A stretch of 64,000 bases of DNA from Paramoeba atlantica (taxonomy: Eukaryota; Protista; Discosea): contig CDRNVI010000003.1 of the NCBI GenBank assembly GCA_977017575.1, positions 310,001-374,000 on the forward strand. The letters run 5' to 3'. This document shows positions 61,124 to 64,000 of the stretch, piece after piece. Below the pieces are notes generated by a model. The model saw nothing but the letters and a program-made list of their open reading frames with translations, made no database searches and was not told where the DNA came from. The position numbers were made by a program, and so were the translations under genes. How positions within the stretch are numbered: position 1 is the stretch's first letter; each line of letters opens with the position of its first letter.

Positions 61124-63937
61124 TTACCTAACTCTTAAGTACTGCACTGGTGCGCCGTCCGTACGGGTCAAATTCCCAACTTCGGCGAATGTCTTTTTCC
61201 GGTATTCTCCCACACTCCACTGCTGGAGCGTGTTGTCATAGAACGGACTGAAAGGGTTCTCTGATCCCCCTCCAACACTCGCGACGTGGACTTCCTCTCC
61301 CACACGGAGAATCTGACGTAATGCGGGACCGATTCTCCTCACGTGACTGGCTCCGGGACGTCGCCCGCGCATCATATTCAACGAAGACTCGTCTCCGCCC
61401 AGTTTTCTTGGGTAGCGGTTCCCGAAACACCGAAAGGGGGTAAGGGCGAGGGTAAGGTGAGGGAGTTGCACGTAGCCCCAGTCCTCCGTCCAGCCCCCGA
61501 CGGGAGCGTAGATGGCCTGTTCCCAGGCCCGTTCTAACGCCACACTCCCGGCGTGGTCCACACTCCAGTAGTATCCTAAAATAGGATCCACCGGTGCGTG
61601 GTCCCGTCGTTTTCGTCCCTCAAACGCAATCTGTGTCACAATGGAGAGATACTCCCACAGCACAGCAGGGTACCGACACCCGGGAACCACCGCTCCCTCC
61701 CACCGTGTGTACATTTCCTGAAGAAACGGATGACGAAGCCGTAACCCGGGCTGAGTCTGTAACCAGGGGCGAAACAACGTAGTCCACAAATTTGACTGGT
61801 TGTCCAGCTGAATCTCCGCTGCTCGAGAAACACTGTCGCAGCCCCTTCCAGCAAGCATCTCCGCCATACGCGTCGCACGGAAATAGGGAAAATAGTCATA
61901 CCCCAGTGCGTAACGGTACGCCAGAGGATACATTTTATTATTCCCCGCCGTGATAAAATCAACCTCTTTCCCCCCACCCCCTGCCGCCTCCGCCGGCACA
62001 ACCTTCCACGGCAGCTCCCTCATCGGAATCTCCCCCACCGGGTCAAACGACCCATTCCCCGGCATCGGGTACCGCCCCGTGTGCCCGGGTCGCCGAATCC
62101 GGTGCCTCCCCGTCATCCCCCACCCATACCCCCCGGCGTGATCCCCCAGGACCACACTCAACGCGGGGGCCGCGATCCGTTCCAGGCAGGCCTCCCGAAA
62201 CCCCCGGACCGTCGCCACCTCCCCGGTGACCATCAGCAGGAACCCCTCCAGGGTCCTTGCCGCACTGCCCCCTTGCAGGGCCGCATTCCACATGGCCAGC
62301 AACACACCCGAGTTAGCCCCAGCCACCCCGGGAAGGTGATGAACCAGTGGCCCGTAGTGGGTGTCCCGAAGCTGGAGAGCCACGGGTCGTTGCTTCCCGC
62401 GGACCACAACCCGTTCGTGTCGGGTGCGGTAGGGGAGGGAGGTTCCGTTGTGGAGGTAGTGGGACTGGGGGCGACTCGGGTCGGGGGTGATGACGTAGAG
62501 GTCGCAGAGGTCGGTCATGGCCAGGGTGATGCCCCAGGCGAGGGTGGTGGAGGCCCCGACGGTGATCCCGGGGAGTCCCGGGGGGGAGGCCCCGAGGAAG
62601 GTTTGGTTGGTGTCGGTGATGTGGAGGGCGAGGTAGTACCAGCTCCCGGGGAAGTACATCTCGAGGTGGGGGTCGCTGCCGAGGGTGGGGGTGGGGGCGG
62701 TGGGGGAGCGGGTGACCCAGGCGTTGGAGCCGCCGTGGGGGGTGAAGGCGCCGGACCACCAGGATGCGCGGGGGGGAGGGAGAGGGGAAGGGTTGGGGGA
62801 GGCAGGGGCGTCCGGCTTTAAGGTATTGTGGGAAGAAGGATCGGTGCCGAGTTGAAACCAGCTCAAGGTCATGTCTTCAATATAAGAACGGAAGGGTACG
62901 AAATCAAAGAATTCCCAGCTTGAGTCGGATGGTTTTGGAGCAGGGTGTTTGTCCTCAGAATCATGAGATGTGCTGTGTGGGGATAAATTCAATCCGTCAG
63001 GTGCCGCAGACGCATCAAGCGGAGGCACAGGAGATATTGAAGGAATTTCTTCCGTGTGTGGCGTTTCGATTTGAAACGGCACTGTGCGTTGACGCCATTC
63101 GCCCAACATTTCGTCGTAAACAGCTTTTTCGCGTTGAAAGCTATGATCCTCCTCCATAGCTCTAGTGTGTCGACTTTTAGAAACGTGTGGAGTGCAGTAG
63201 GGACCCGCTAAATCCTCTTCGGTAACTGTTGTGGTAAACGGCTTGCCCTCAAAATCACGAAGATAACGGTGAAACGGGTAAAGTTGCTCAACTTTGTCGT
63301 AATCGGTTCCACGAGAGCTATTTGAAAATAAGGTAGACCAGCGATCGATTTCATTCTGACAGTTGCTAGATAGTTCTGACTGAATTTGTACCAAAGACAG
63401 ACACACATCATGCGCCGTCCACGGTTCCACCTTAGCCACGTTTTTAAAAGGTCCATAGTATAGTAACATATCGGGGGGAGGCTTCGGATGCCGGCTTCGG
63501 TATAGATTTACCCCCGCTGCGTAGGATTCGATACAAGACCGATGCTGTGGAGAAATCCCTTCACACATTGCCCGGGCGACAGCGTCAAAATTCAGCGTAC
63601 GGACCCGAATATCATTTTCCAAGCCGGCATTACCTAATATTTCGCTCAGGCGTCCTTGCGAAGCGGCGCGACTTAGAACGAGTTGAGAGAAACGCTCCTG
63701 GGCATGGATAAATCCTTGTCCAAAAAAGGCGTCACGATGTGATTTTGCTTGCAGCTTCGGTGTACCATCCTCTCCCCACTCAATTCGGATCGTCCCATCC
63801 AATCCCTCAACGTTCCCATGACTTCTCTGATAATTTGCGGAACTTTGAGAAACGTATATGAGAACGAAAGTCAGAATACCGCCTGATACGAGAGCTACAA
63901 TAAGTAGTACGAATATGGGAATGTACAGACCTCTCAT
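61124..63937 (-). CDS. Penicillin amidase / acyl-homoserine-lactone acylase family Ntn-hydrolase (peptidase S45), N-terminally anchored
   Basis: FGQGFIHAQERF..L..SR...GRLSEILG; beta-chain start G|SNAW; GWGITLAMTDLCDLY; PFSPFYDN.LQQW. Confidence 0.9.
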   Translation of the reverse strand: MRGLYIPIFVLLIVALVSGGILTFVLIYVSQSSANYQRSHGNVEGLDGTIRIEWGEDGTPKLQAKSHRDAFFGQGFIHAQERFSQLVLSRAASQGRLSEILGNAGLENDIRVRTLNFDAVARAMCEGISPQHRSCIESYAAGVNLYRSRHPKPPPDMLLYYGPFKNVAKVEPWTAHDVCLSLVQIQSELSSNCQNEIDRWSTLFSNSSRGTDYDKVEQLYPFHRYLRDFEGKPFTTTVTEEDLAGPYCTPHVSKSRHTRAMEEDHSFQREKAVYDEMLGEWRQRTVPFQIETPHTEEIPSISPVPPLDASAAPDGLNLSPHSTSHDSEDKHPAPKPSDSSWEFFDFVPFRSYIEDMTLSWFQLGTDPSSHNTLKPDAPASPNPSPLPPPRASWWSGAFTPHGGSNAWVTRSPTAPTPTLGSDPHLEMYFPGSWYYLALHITDTNQTFLGASPPGLPGITVGASTTLAWGITLAMTDLCDLYVITPDPSRPQSHYLHNGTSLPYRTRHERVVVRGKQRPVALQLRDTHYGPLVHHLPGVAGANSGVLLAMWNAALQGGSAARTLEGFLLMVTGEVATVRGFREACLERIAAPALSVVLGDHAGGYGWGMTGRHRIRRPGHTGRYPMPGNGSFDPVGEIPMRELPWKVVPAEAAGGGGKEVDFITAGNNKMYPLAYRYALGYDYFPYFRATRMAEMLAGRGCDSVSRAAEIQLDNQSNLWTTLFRPWLQTQPGLRLRHPFLQEMYTRWEGAVVPGCRYPAVLWEYLSIVTQIAFEGRKRRDHAPVDPILGYYWSVDHAGSVALERAWEQAIYAPVGGWTEDWGYVQLPHLTLALTPFRCFGNRYPRKLGGDESSLNMMRGRRPGASHVRRIGPALRQILRVGEEVHVASVGGGSENPFSPFYDNTLQQWSVGEYRKKTFAEVGNLTRTDGAPVQYLRVR

Positions 63938-64000
63938 TTTTCTTCTGAAAGGGAGTTCAATGTCATAAAACAGCGTGAAACGGTACGCAAGGAGAGGAAG

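Noticed and set aside
1-64000. tRNA, rRNA, spliced-leader genes, hammerhead or HDV ribozymes
   Set aside because: None recognised by eye; CTGATGA cores occur only in non-fitting contexts; a covariance-model scan is needed to exclude them

Overview
Eukaryotic, intron-less, gene-dense window. About 28 host genes all lie on the minus strand, as in a kinetoplastid polycistronic unit. The alpha-tubulin sequence and an expanded short LRR family suggest a Perkinsela-like/prokinetoplastid organism; this is inference, no search was run. Host genes include XRN1, alpha-tubulin, Met-tRNA formyltransferase, DNAJC1-like, PEX1 (frameshifted), acyl-CoA synthetase, VPS33-like, TRF4-like, listerin, CFAP410, kinesin, torsin-like, a penicillin-amidase-family hydrolase and four LRR genes. 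Mobile DNA includes a Tc1-type transposon, pogo/MITE-like pieces and a CRE-like non-LTR remnant. The main discovery is a plus-strand tyrosine-recombinase retrotransposon at 26427-31940 (gag-YR-RT order, bounded by ATTTA). Its left end encodes a complete-looking twister ribozyme, followed by about 45 tandem 22-nt mini-hairpins and an internal complementary region. That region is the reverse complement of the joined right-end/left-end (circle) junction and stores the bases the ribozyme would cut off. A second pattern is recurrent C-rich-then-G-rich skew islands, one of which flips synonymous codon choice in the middle of alpha-tubulin. All coordinates and structures were read by eye.
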